From positions 21,888,001 through 21,952,000 of the forward strand of contig OZ249436.1 of NCBI GenBank assembly GCA_965235115.1: DNA of 64,000 nt. The letters run 5' to 3'. A model generated the notes under the pieces. That model ran no database searches, was not told where the DNA came from, and saw nothing but the letters and a program-made list of their open reading frames with translations. Source of the DNA: Laetmonice hystrix (Eukaryota). Both the position numbers and the translations under genes were made by a program. The number at the start of each line of letters is the position of its first letter. Within the stretch, counting starts at the first letter, position 1. Shown here piece by piece: positions 1 to 12,482 of the stretch.

Positions 1-413
1 TGGCATGGCAGGTTAGATATGCATGTTTCCGACAATAAAAACTCAATTTACGTATAGGTTGAATGATTAGATTTTATTTTATCGGAGCTTCTGTTACATG
101 ACCCCAGGTGGCACCACCAAATCGACCAGAATACAGGCCTGTGATACATAACATATTGGCTAAGATTTTCCAAGGAAAGTTAAGCAGATATTCTCTAATA
201 ATACACTGATATTATTGATCATAATAGTGAACTTTTTCTCTGTGGTATTTGATAAGCACATTCAGGGGGGTTATATCCATTCTTGGCCCTAGATACATTC
301 ACTCCATACCTTTTTGAGGGACAACCAGCAGCCCATTGGCTAAATAGGGGGTCATGACCAAAAGCTTCCAGACCCTCTGCTAGGGCCGCTGAGGGTCTGG
401 ATAATCGAGACTG
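1..413. mobile_element. Right part of the non-autonomous DNA-transposon-like insert (cut by window start)
   Basis: Ends ...GAGGGTCTGGATAATCGAGACTG and is followed by TSD GCCGGGGAG (414-422). Confidence 0.75.
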
Positions 414-693
414 GCCGGGGAGCGGTTTGACGCGTTGTCGCCAGACGGCCTTCAGTGCACAAGGCTATAGGTGGCGCTGTGGTCACCGTAAGTAAACCAA
501 GGTATATGCTGATAACAGAAGTACATAAACATATTAGCCTATGTTGTTTTATCATAACAAAGAAAAAGAAAAGTTCCTTCTTTTAAATCAGCATTTATTG
601 TGAAAAATAGCAAGCTTGGATACCTTATCTCAGACCTAAGGCATTTTCCAGTAAGGACCCCCCCCCCCAAATGAAACATTCGTAGATGAAAAG

Positions 694-712
694 ACACCAT
701 TCTGGATGAGTT
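694..712 (+). promoter_or_regulatory. Candidate snRNA proximal sequence element (PSE), present before every U5 copy
   Basis: ACACCATTCT(G/T)GATGAGTT lies at about -64 to -46, the usual PSE position. The block is conserved between A and B units whereas sequence just upstream diverges. No TATA box, as expected for a Pol II snRNA gene. Match to known PSE consensus is only partial. Confidence 0.4.
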
Positions 713-757
713 AGGTACTTGAACCACTCGACACTTCCCCTGTTCAGTAAATCAGAG

Positions 758-878
758 AACTCACGTTTCTCCTCATTCCACGTATAAATCTTTCGCCTTT
801 TACTAAAGATTTCCGTGGGGAGGAACATTACAATGAGTCTATAGACGAATTTTTGCATCCCTGCTCTAAGAGCGGGGT
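758..878 (+). ncRNA. U5: U5 snRNA (variant A)
   Basis: Stem AAATCTTT/AAAGATTT around invariant loop 1 GCCTTTTAC (795-803); CCGTGG internal loop; ACTCA/TGAGT closing stem; Sm site AATTTTTG (848-855); 3' hairpin CCCTGCTC-TAA-GAGCGGG. Confidence 0.97.
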
Positions 879-1803
879 AAATGAATAATGAAGAATAGTC
901 TCCTAACGCAAACTGATTCAGACGAAGAATGTTGTTTATGAATAGGCCTAATTGGGATGGAAAATAAAAATTGTAACTAGTAAATGAAGAAAAAAAGATT
1001 ACCGCAAGGAGATACATTCCAGTGCCTTTCAGAATTATTTGAGGAACATCTCCTCAAAGGGCTGGGTATTTAAAGCGAGGGAACTGAATGTTCTGCCTGA
1101 AGGCAGCATATAGGTACACGCTACAGTTAATGTTTTCTTTTTATCATAAATATCTATTCTGCCTGAAAAAAACCCATCAAACACGCAATGTGCCCCCGGA
1201 CGGGCGCGGTGACGACAGAGGTAGACCTACCTTCCCGTTGTCCTAAAGATTACCTACACACAGAAGCCTTAGAGCGTCTGTACTCTTTTCATGGTCTCGA
1301 TGTATGGATCAATTTGACAAAACCAATGCGTCTAAGACAAATAAATTTTGCAGTCGTTCTTCAAGGCAGACTGCCCTTCAAGATGCTCTATTCTTAGCAT
1401 ATTTTGTCATTTGATCTGGGCCATGGCGTAAATTGGGCACTTTTGCTGTGCAATAAGTCGGCCGGGGAGCGGTTTGACACGTTGTCGCCAGACGGCCTTC
1501 AGTGCACAAGGCTAGGTGGCGCTGTGGTCACCGTAAGTAAACCAAGGTATTGCTGATAACAGAAGTTCATAAACATATTATGTTGTTTTATCATAACGAA
1601 GAAAAAGAAAAGTTCCTTCTTCTAAATCAGCATTAATTTTATTGTGAAAATAGCAAGCTTGGATACCTTATCTCAGAACTAAGGGCATTATCCTTTCAGT
1701 ATTCCCAAATGAAAAAATGAAACCTTCGTAGATGAAAATACACCATTCTTGATGAGTTAGGTACTTGAACCACTCGACACTTCCCCTCTTCAGTAAATCA
1801 GAG

Positions 1804-1924
1804 AACTCACGTTTCTCCTCATTCCACGTATAAATCTTTCGCCTTTTACTAAAGATTTCCGTGGGGAGGAACATTACAATGAGTCTATAGACGAATTTTT
1901 GCATCCCTGCTCTCAGAGCGGGGT
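1804..1924 (+). ncRNA. U5: U5 snRNA (variant B)
   Basis: Same U5 motifs; differs from A only in the 3' hairpin loop (TCA vs TAA). Confidence 0.97.
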
Positions 1925-2445
1925 AATTAAAAAAGGAAGAATAGTCTCCTAACGCAAACTGATTCAGACGACGAATGTTGTTTGTAAATAGGCCTAAATA
2001 AGATGGAAAAACAAAAATTGTAAAATAGTAAATGAAGAAATTAAGGTTACCGCAAGGAAATATATATTCCAGTGGTTTCAGAATTATTTTAGGAACATCT
2101 CCTCAAAGAGTGGGGAATTTAATGCAAAGGAACTGCATGTTCTGCCTGAAGGCGGCATTATGTACACGTTACAGGTATAAAATGTTTTCTTTTTATTATA
2201 AATGGTTATTCTGCCTGGAAAGAAACAAATAACACAAACACGTAATGGGCCCCCGGACGGGCGCGTTGGCAACAGAGGTAGACCTACCTGCCTGTTGTCC
2301 AAAAGATTACCTATAAATAAATTTTGCAGTTCTTGTTAAAAGGAGACTGCGCTTCAAGATACTCTATTCTTAGCATATTTTGTCATTTGATCTGGGCCAT
2401 GGCACAAATTGGGCGCTTTTGCTGTGCAATAAGTCGGCCGGGGAG

Positions 2446-4455
2446 CAGTCTCGGTAACGCCAGACTCTCAGATAAGAGAGTCTGGGAGAGTTCCGATCTT
2501 TCATTGTTACCGCATGGTGGCGCGTCGAACGTTTAGGAACATAAGCGGCTCGAGGAGGCCAGAGAAAAACAACCGACCTTTTCGCTTCACGAAAATTCGC
2601 TTGATAAAATTGCTCGACAAGACTACGTTTTACTAAGAAAAAGTCGTCATCATGTGTAAAATATGACTCTAGGCCCCCTATTTTGGCTATAGGCCTATAG
2701 GCCGACTGATTGCATTGTGCGGTGTAGAGCGAACACCTAGGCTGTGTGCATGTCAATTGTCCGTTGAAATTTGAAAAATCCTTAATACTATCTTACTCAG
2801 TTCCTAAAGTTCTATGGTTCATACAATAAAGTTAATTGCTTATCAAACGACATATAGGCCCACTAGCCTATATGTAGGTGACCGATTAAACAGACGCTGT
2901 CTCAGGTTTGGAAATATGTGATCTATGATATAGGCCCCTATGCCGTGCTGGGCAGTGGGCGGGCGCTTACTGGCTCACCCGCCGGGAGCGACCGGTGGGG
3001 GCCAGGGGCAGGGGAGCGAGGCGGCAGGCAGGCAAGACGCCAGAGTCCATGCAAGCAGGGATGATGCCGTCCTTGCAAAACGTCTCTAGACTAGAATATA
3101 AAACACACATTCCGCCCAATAGCGCTCCAATATTAGTTACGGGTTTTCCTATTAAACCGAGGCTGTCTCAGGCTTGAAAATATGGCAGACTCTGACTGCG
3201 TAAGGTCAGACTTGCAGGCTCAGCCCGGCGGGAGTGACCGAGCCCGAGGTGGCGGCCGGCGCTGCAGGCGGGGTAGGCCTACCGAAGTCTGTGCATGCAT
3301 GCACTCGGAACACCGACGCTGCTTCTGATTGGCTGTTTCTAGGTCATATCCGGAGGCGAAGCAGGCCTCGGATGTATGAAGCGGCCATTTTCCCGTTTTT
3401 CGTGCAAAGTAGTGTAAAGCGGTCGCACATGAACACAAGAGTAAATAGTCGACCCCTACGCACAGGCACATAGGCCTTGTTCAAATATAATTTCTCAGCA
3501 TACCTATACCTCGAATTTTCTATCGTGGAGACAAAACAGTCTCTTCTTCACCTGGGAGGAAACCCAGATATTCTGACTTTGTATAAAGTCCGACACTAGG
3601 GAGTTCTACATTTTCGGCACGGCGGCAGCGCGCGAGTTTGTTGTTTACATCCGGGTCAGTGGTCCCGACCTAGCCACCCACCCACCCCACCCCCCAGCAT
3701 GGCGACCTTCGTCGTACAGCCGAGATATGACGGAGTCAATCGTGGGTGAGCCGAGTGTGCATGCATGATGCCGCCGTTGGAGGCTTGTATAAAACGTCGC
3801 GAGAACGCTAAAACCAGCCGTTGATCAGCATGAGCAGACTTCCGCTAAATTTGACCAATCGGCTGCAAGACGACCGGATGCAGAATTCCTGTAGCCTACT
3901 TTTTGAAAGCCGCTTATGTCTCGGAACAACGTCACAAACAGTAGATACAAAAGGTTATGATCCACTATTTATTTTCTTCTATAATTTAATGTAATGTTTT
4001 GGCCATTTTCAATGTTTAAAATAATTTCTGCGAATGTCTGCTTGGCATGGCAGGTTAGATATGCATGTTTCCGACAATAAAAACTCAATTTACGTATAGG
4101 TTGAATGATTAGATTTTATTTTATCGGAGCTTCTGTTACATGACCCCAGGTGGCACCACCAAATCGACCAGAATACAGGCCTGTGATACATAACATATTG
4201 GCTAAGATTTTCCAAGGAAAGTTAAGCAGATATTCTCTAATAATACACTGATATTATTGATCATAATAGTGAACTTTTTCTCTGTGGTATTTGATGAGCA
4301 CATTCAGGGGGGTTATATCCATTCTTGGCCCTAGATACATTCACTCCATACCTTTTTGAGGGACAACCAGCAGCCCATTGGCTAAATAGGGGGTCATGAC
4401 CAAAAGCTTCCAGACCCTCTGCTAGGGCCGCTGAGGGTCTGGATAATCGAGACTG
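2446..4455. mobile_element. 2010-bp non-autonomous DNA-transposon-like element with imperfect TIRs and 9-bp TSD
   Basis: Left end CAGTCTCGgtaacgCCAGACtCTC; reverse complement of right end CAGTCTCGattatCCAGACcCTC. Flanked by GCCGGGGAG at 2437-2445 and 4456-4464. Empty site with a single GCCGGGGAG at 1461-1469. No transposase ORF. Confidence 0.8.
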
Positions 4456-4798
4456 GCCGGGGAGCGGTTTGACACGTTGTCGCCAGACGGCCTTCAGTGC
4501 ACAAGGCTAGGTGGCGCTGTGGTCACCGTAAGTAAACCAAGGTATTGCTGATAACAGAAGTTCATAAACATATTATGTTGTTTTATCATAACGAAGAAAA
4601 AGAAAAGTTCCTTCTTCTAAATCAGCATTAATTTTATTGTGAAAATAGCAAGCTTGGATACCTTATCTCAGAACTAAGGGCATTATCCTTTCAGTATTCC
4701 CAAATGAAAAAATGAAACCTTCGTAGATGAAAATACACCATTCTTGATGAGTTAGGTACTTGAACCACTCGACACTTCCCCTCTTCAGTAAATCAGAG

Positions 4799-4919
4799 AA
4801 CTCACGTTTCTCCTCATTCCACGTATAAATCTTTCGCCTTTTACTAAAGATTTCCGTGGGGAGGAACATTACAATGAGTCTATAGACGAATTTTTGCATC
4901 CCTGCTCTCAGAGCGGGGT
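4799..4919 (+). ncRNA. U5: U5 snRNA (variant B)
   Basis: Identical to 1804-1924. Confidence 0.97.
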
Positions 4920-5440
4920 AATTAAAAAAGGAAGAATAGTCTCCTAACGCAAACTGATTCAGACGACGAATGTTGTTTGTAAATAGGCCTAAATAAGATG
5001 GAAAAACAAAAATTGTAAAATAGTAAATGAAGAAATTAAGGTTACCGCAAGGAAATATATATTCCAGTGGTTTCAGAATTATTTTAGGAACATCTCCTCA
5101 AAGAGTGGGGAATTTAATGCAAAGGAACTGCATGTTCTGCCTGAAGGCGGCATTATGTACACGTTACAGGTATAAAATGTTTTCTTTTTATTATAAATGG
5201 TTATTCTGCCTGGAAAGAAACAAATAACACAAACACGTAATGGGCCCCCGGACGGGCGCGTTGGCAACAGAGGTAGACCTACCTGCCTGTTGTCCAAAAG
5301 ATTACCTATAAATAAATTTTGCAGTTCTTGTTAAAAGGAGACTGCGCTTCAAGATACTCTATTCTTAGCATATTTTGTCATTTGATCTGGGCCATGGCAC
5401 AAATTGGGCGCTTTTGCTGTGCAATAAGTCGGCCGGGGAG

Positions 5441-7450
5441 CAGTCTCGGTAACGCCAGACTCTCAGATAAGAGAGTCTGGGAGAGTTCCGATCTTTCATT
5501 GTTACCGCATGGTGGCGCGTCGAACGTTTAGGAACATAAGCGGCTCGAGGAGGCCAGAGAAAAACAACCGACCTTTTCGCTTCACGAAAATTCGCTTGAT
5601 AAAATTGCTCGACAAGACTACGTTTTACTAAGAAAAAGTCGTCATCATGTGTAAAATATGACTCTAGGCCCCCTATTTTGGCTATAGGCCTATAGGCCGA
5701 CTGATTGCATTGTGCGGTGTAGAGCGAACACCTAGGCTGTGTGCATGTCAATTGTCCGTTGAAATTTGAAAAATCCTTAATACTATCTTACTCAGTTCCT
5801 AAAGTTCTATGGTTCATACAATAAAGTTAATTGCTTATCAAACGACATATAGGCCCACTAGCCTATATGTAGGTGACCGATTAAACAGACGCTGTCTCAG
5901 GTTTGGAAATATGTGATCTATGATATAGGCCCCTATGCCGTGCTGGGCAGTGGGCGGGCGCTTACTGGCTCACCCGCCGGGAGCGACCGGTGGGGGCCAG
6001 GGGCAGGGGAGCGAGGCGGCAGGCAGGCAAGACGCCAGAGTCCATGCAAGCAGGGATGATGCCGTCCTTGCAAAACGCCTCTAGACTAGAATATAAAACA
6101 CACATTCCGCCCAATAGCGCTCCAATATTAGTTACGGGTTTTCCTATTAAACCGAGGCTGTCTCAGGCTTGAAAATATGGCAGACTCTGACTGCGTAAGG
6201 TCAGACTTGCAGGCTCAGCCCGGCGGGAGTGACCGAGCCCGAGGTGGCGGCCGGCGCTGCAGGCGGGGTAGGCCTACCGAAGTCTGTGCATGCATGCACT
6301 CGGAACACCGACGCTGCTTCTGATTGGCTGTTTCTAGGTCATATCCGGAGGCGAAGCAGGCCTCGGATGTATGAAGCGGCCATTTTCCCGTTTTTCGTGC
6401 AAAGTAGTGTAAAGCGGTCGCACATGAACACAAGAGTAAATAGTCGACCCCTACGCACAGGCACATAGGCCTTGTTCAAATATAATTTCTCAGCATACCT
6501 ATACCTCGAATTTTCTATCGTGGAGACAAAACAGTCTCTTCTTCACCTGGGAGGAAACCCAGATATTCTGACTTTGTATAAAGTCCGACACTAGGGAGTT
6601 CTACATTTTCGGCACGGCGGCTGCGCGCGAGTTTGTTGTTTACATCCGGGTCAGTGGTCCCGACCTAGCCACCCACCCACCCCACCCCCCAGCATGGCGA
6701 CCTTCGTCGTACAGCCGAGATATGACGGAGTCAATCGTGGGTGAGCCGAGTGTGCATGCATGATGCCGCCGTTGGAGGCTTGTATAAAACGTCGCGAGAA
6801 CGCTAAAACCAGCCGTTGATCAGCATGAGCAGACTTCCGCTAAATTTGACCAATCGGCTGCAAGACGACCGGATGCAGAATTCCTGTAGCCTACTTTTTG
6901 AAAGCCGCTTATGTCTCGGAACAACGTCACAAACAGTAGATACAAAAGGTTATGATCCACTATTTATTTTCTTCTATAATTTAATGTAATGTTTTGGCCA
7001 TTTTCAATGTTTAAAATAATTTCTGCGAATGTCTGCTTGGCATGGCAGGTTAGATATGCATGTTTCCGACAATAAAAACTCAATTTACGTATAGGTTGAA
7101 TGATTAGATTTTATTTTATCGGAGCTTCTGTTACATGACCCCAGGTGGCACCACCAAATCGACCAGAATACAGGCCTGTGATACATAACATATTGGCTAA
7201 GATTTTCCAAGGAAAGTTAAGCAGATATTCTCTAATAATACACTGATATTATTGATCATAATAGTGAACTTTTTCTCTGTGGTATTTGATGAGCACATTC
7301 AGGGGGGTTATATCCATTCTTGGCCCTAGATACATTCACTCCATACCTTTTTGAGGGACAACCAGCAGCCCATTGGCTAAATAGGGGGTCATGACCAAAA
7401 GCTTCCAGACCCTCTGCTAGGGCCGCTGAGGGTCTGGATAATCGAGACTG
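5441..7450. mobile_element. Copy of 2-kb DNA-transposon-like insert
   Basis: Same TIRs and TSD as 2446-4455. Confidence 0.8.
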
Positions 7451-7796
7451 GCCGGGGAGCGGTTTGACGCGTTGTCGCCAGACGGCCTTCAGTGCACAAG
7501 GCTATAGGTGGCGCTGTGGTCACCGTAAGTAAACCAAGGTATATGCTGATAACAGAAGTACATAAACATATTAGCCTATGTTGTTTTATCATAACAAAGA
7601 AAAAGAAAAGTTCCTTCTTTTAAATCAGCATTTATTGTGAAAAATAGCAAGCTTGGATACCTTATCTCAGACCTAAGGCATTTTCCAGTAAGGACCCCCC
7701 CCCCCCCAAATGAAACATTCGTAGATGAAAAGACACCATTCTGGATGAGTTAGGTACTTGAACCACTCGACACTTCCCCTGTTCAGTAAATCAGAG

Positions 7797-7917
7797 AACT
7801 CACGTTTCTCCTCATTCCACGTATAAATCTTTCGCCTTTTACTAAAGATTTCCGTGGGGAGGAACATTACAATGAGTCTATAGACGAATTTTTGCATCCC
7901 TGCTCTCAGAGCGGGGT
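7797..7917 (+). ncRNA. U5: U5 snRNA (recombinant: A upstream flank, B 3' end)
   Basis: U5 motifs; poly-C A-type upstream region with B-type TCA loop and downstream flank. Confidence 0.97.
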
Positions 7918-8438
7918 AATTAAAAAAGGAAGAATAGTCTCCTAACGCAAACTGATTCAGACGACGAATGTTGTTTGTAAATAGGCCTAAATAAGATGGA
8001 AAAACAAAAATTGTAAAATAGTAAATGAAGAAATTAAGGTTACCGCAAGGAAATATATATTCCAGTGGTTTCAGAATTATTTTAGGAACATCTCCTCAAA
8101 GAGTGGGGAATTTAATGCAAAGGAACTGCATGTTCTGCCTGAAGGCGGCATTATGTACACGTTACAGGTATAAAATGTTTTCTTTTTATTATAAATGGTT
8201 ATTCTGCCTGGAAAGAAACAAATAACACAAACACGTAATGGGCCCCCGGACGGGCGCGTTGGCAACAGAGGTAGACCTACCTGCCTGTTGTCCAAAAGAT
8301 TACCTATAAATAAATTTTGCAGTTCTTGTTAAAAGGAGACTGCGCTTCAAGATACTCTATTCTTAGCATATTTTGTCATTTGATCTGGGCCATGGCACAA
8401 ATTGGGCGCTTTTGCTGTGCAATAAGTCGGCCGGGGAG

Positions 8439-10448
8439 CAGTCTCGGTAACGCCAGACTCTCAGATAAGAGAGTCTGGGAGAGTTCCGATCTTTCATTGT
8501 TACCGCATGGTGGCGCGTCGAACGTTTAGGAACATAAGCGGCTCGAGGAGGCCAGAGAAAAACAACCGACCTTTTCGCTTCACGAAAATTCGCTTGATAA
8601 AATTGCTCGACAAGACTACGTTTTACTAAGAAAAAGTCGTCATCATGTGTAAAATATGACTCTAGGCCCCCTATTTTGGCTATAGGCCTATAGGCCGACT
8701 GATTGCATTGTGCGGTGTAGAGCGAACACCTAGGCTGTGTGCATGTCAATTGTCCGTTGAAATTTGAAAAATCCTTAATACTATCTTACTCAGTTCCTAA
8801 AGTTCTATGGTTCATACAATAAAGTTAATTGCTTATCAAACGACATATAGGCCCACTAGCCTATATGTAGGTGACCGATTAAACAGACGCTGTCTCAGGT
8901 TTGGAAATATGTGATCTATGATATAGGCCCCTATGCCGTGCTGGGCAGTGGGCGGGCGCTTACTGGCTCACCCGCCGGGAGCGACCGGTGGGGGCCAGGG
9001 GCAGGGGAGCGAGGCGGCAGGCAGGCAAGACGCCAGAGTCCATGCAAGCAGGGATGATGCCGTCCTTGCAAAACGTCTCTAGACTAGAATATAAAACACA
9101 CATTCCGCCCAATAGCGCTCCAATATTAGTTACGGGTTTTCCTATTAAACCGAGGCTGTCTCAGGCTTGAAAATATGGCAGACTCTGACTGCGTAAGGTC
9201 AGACTTGCAGGCTCAGCCCGGCGGGAGTGACCGAGCCCGAGGTGGCGGCCGGCGCTGCAGGCGGGGTAGGCCTACCGAAGTCTGTGCATGCATGCACTCG
9301 GAACACCGACGCTGCTTCTGATTGGCTGTTTCTAGGTCATATCCGGAGGCGAAGCAGGCCTCGGATGTATGAAGCGGCCATTTTCCCGTTTTTCGTGCAA
9401 AGTAGTGTAAAGCGGTCGCACATGAACACAAGAGTAAATAGTCGACCCCTACGCACAGGCACATAGGCCTTGTTCAAATATAATTTCTCAGCATACCTAT
9501 ACCTCGAATTTTCTATCGTGGAGACAAAACAGTCTCTTCTTCACCTGGGAGGAAACCCAGATATTCTGACTTTGTATAAAGTCCGACACTAGGGAGTTCT
9601 ACATTTTCGGCACGGCGGCAGCGCGCGAGTTTGTTGTTTACATCCGGGTCAGTGGTCCCGACCTAGCCACCCACCCACCCCACCCCCCAGCATGGCGACC
9701 TTCGTCGTACAGCCGAGATATGACGGAGTCAATCGTGGGTGAGCCGAGTGTGCATGCATGATGCCGCCGTTGGAGGCTTGTATAAAACGTCGCGAGAACG
9801 CTAAAACCAGCCGTTGATCAGCATGAGCAGACTTCCGCTAAATTTGACCAATCGGCTGCAAGACGACCGGATGCAGAATTCCTGTAGCCTACTTTTTGAA
9901 AGCCGCTTATGTCTCGGAACAACGTCACAAACAGTAGATACAAAAGGTTATGATCCACTATTTATTTTCTTCTATAATTTAATGTAATGTTTTGGCCATT
10001 TTCAATGTTTAAAATAATTTCTGCGAATGTCTGCTTGGCATGGCAGGTTAGATATGCATGTTTCCGACAATAAAAACTCAATTTACGTATAGGTTGAATG
10101 ATTAGATTTTATTTTATCGGAGCTTCTGTTACATGACCCCAGGTGGCACCACCAAATCGACCAGAATACAGGCCTGTGATACATAACATATTGGCTAAGA
10201 TTTTCCAAGGAAAGTTAAGCAGATATTCTCTAATAATACACTGATATTATTGATCATAATAGTGAACTTTTTCTCTGTGGTATTTGATGAGCACATTCAG
10301 GGGGGTTATATCCATTCTTGGCCCTAGATACATTCACTCCATACCTTTTTGAGGGACAACCAGCAGCCCATTGGCTAAATAGGGGGTCATGACCAAAAGC
10401 TTCCAGACCCTCTGCTAGGGCCGCTGAGGGTCTGGATAATCGAGACTG
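8439..10448. mobile_element. Copy of 2-kb DNA-transposon-like insert
   Basis: Same TIRs and TSD. Confidence 0.8.
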
Positions 10449-10794
10449 GCCGGGGAGCGGTTTGACGCGTTGTCGCCAGACGGCCTTCAGTGCACAAGGC
10501 TATAGGTGGCGCTGTGGTCACCGTAAGTAAACCAAGGTATATGCTGATAACAGAAGTACATAAACATATTAGCCTATGTTGTTTTATCATAACAAAGAAA
10601 AAGAAAAGTTCCTTCTTTTAAATCAGCATTTATTGTGAAAAATAGCAAGCTTGGATACCTTATCTCAGACCTAAGGCATTTTCCAGTAAGGACCCCCCCC
10701 CCCCCAAATGAAACATTCGTAGATGAAAAGACACCATTCTGGATGAGTTAGGTACTTGAACCACTCGACACTTCCCCTGTTCAGTAAATCAGAG

Positions 10795-10915
10795 AACTCA
10801 CGTTTCTCCTCATTCCACGTATAAATCTTTCGCCTTTTACTAAAGATTTCCGTGGGGAGGAACATTACAATGAGTCTATAGACGAATTTTTGCATCCCTG
10901 CTCTAAGAGCGGGGT
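10795..10915 (+). ncRNA. U5: U5 snRNA (variant A)
   Basis: Identical to 758-878. Confidence 0.97.
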
Positions 10916-11840
10916 AAATGAATAATGAAGAATAGTCTCCTAACGCAAACTGATTCAGACGAAGAATGTTGTTTATGAATAGGCCTAATTGGGATGGAAA
11001 ATAAAAATTGTAACTAGTAAATGAAGAAAAAAAGATTACCGCAAGGAGATACATTCCAGTGCCTTTCAGAATTATTTGAGGAACATCTCCTCAAAGGGCT
11101 GGGTATTTAAAGCGAGGGAACTGAATGTTCTGCCTGAAGGCAGCATATAGGTACACGCTACAGTTAATGTTTTCTTTTTATCATAAATATCTATTCTGCC
11201 TGAAAAAAACCCATCAAACACGCAATGTGCCCCCGGACGGGCGCGGTGACGACAGAGGTAGACCTACCTTCCCGTTGTCCTAAAGATTACCTACACACAG
11301 AAGCCTTAGAGCGTCTGTACTCTTTTCATGGTCTCGATGTATGGATCAATTTGACAAAACCAATGCGTCTAAGACAAATAAATTTTGCAGTCGTTCTTCA
11401 AGGCAGACTGCCCTTCAAGATGCTCTATTCTTAGCATATTTTGTCATTTGATCTGGGCCATGGCGTAAATTGGGCACTTTTGCTGTGCAATAAGTCGGCC
11501 GGGGAGCGGTTTGACACGTTGTCGCCAGACGGCCTTCAGTGCACAAGGCTAGGTGGCGCTGTGGTCACCGTAAGTAAACCAAGGTATTGCTGATAACAGA
11601 AGTTCATAAACATATTATGTTGTTTTATCATAACAAAGAAAAAGAAAAGTTCCTTCTTCTAAATCAGCATTAATTTTATTGTGAAAATAGCAAGCTTGGA
11701 TACCTTATCTCAGAACTAAGGGCATTATCCTTTCAGTATTCCCAAATGAAAAAATGAAACCTTCGTAGATGAAAATACACCATTCTTGATGAGTTAGGTA
11801 CTTGAACCACTCGACACTTCCCCTCTTCAGTAAATCAGAG

Positions 11841-11961
11841 AACTCACGTTTCTCCTCATTCCACGTATAAATCTTTCGCCTTTTACTAAAGATTTCCGTG
11901 GGGAGGAACATTACAATGAGTCTATAGACGAATTTTTGCATCCCTGCTCTCAGAGCGGGGT
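11841..11961 (+). ncRNA. U5: U5 snRNA (variant B)
   Basis: Identical to 1804-1924. Confidence 0.97.
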
Positions 11962-12482
11962 AATTAAAAAAGGAAGAATAGTCTCCTAACGCAAACTGAT
12001 TCAGACGACGAATGTTGTTTGTAAATAGGCCTAAATAAGATGGAAAAACAAAAATTGTAAAATAGTAAATGAAGAAATTAAGGTTACCGCAAGGAAATAT
12101 ATATTCCAGTGGTTTCAGAATTATTTTAGGAACATCTCCTCAAAGAGTGGGGAATTTAATGCAAAGGAACTGCATGTTCTGCCTGAAGGCGGCATTATGT
12201 ACACGTTACAGGTATAAAATGTTTTCTTTTTATTATAAATGGTTATTCTGCCTGGAAAGAAACAAATAACACAAACACGTAATGGGCCCCCGGACGGGCG
12301 CGTTGGCAACAGAGGTAGACCTACCTGCCTGTTGTCCAAAAGATTACCTATAAATAAATTTTGCAGTTCTTGTTAAAAGGAGACTGCGCTTCAAGATACT
12401 CTATTCTTAGCATATTTTGTCATTTGATCTGGGCCATGGCACAAATTGGGCGCTTTTGCTGTGCAATAAGTCGGCCGGGGAG

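Noticed and set aside
466..480. TAGGTGGCGCTG, a CTCF-like motif in each subunit
   Set aside because: Only a partial match to the core motif; cannot be supported from sequence alone.
483..501. TCACCGTAAGTAAACCAAG resembles a vertebrate PSE, hinting at a second small RNA gene
   Set aside because: It lies ~275 bp upstream of U5 and I recognise no RNA gene at the expected distance downstream. A covariance-model scan would be needed.
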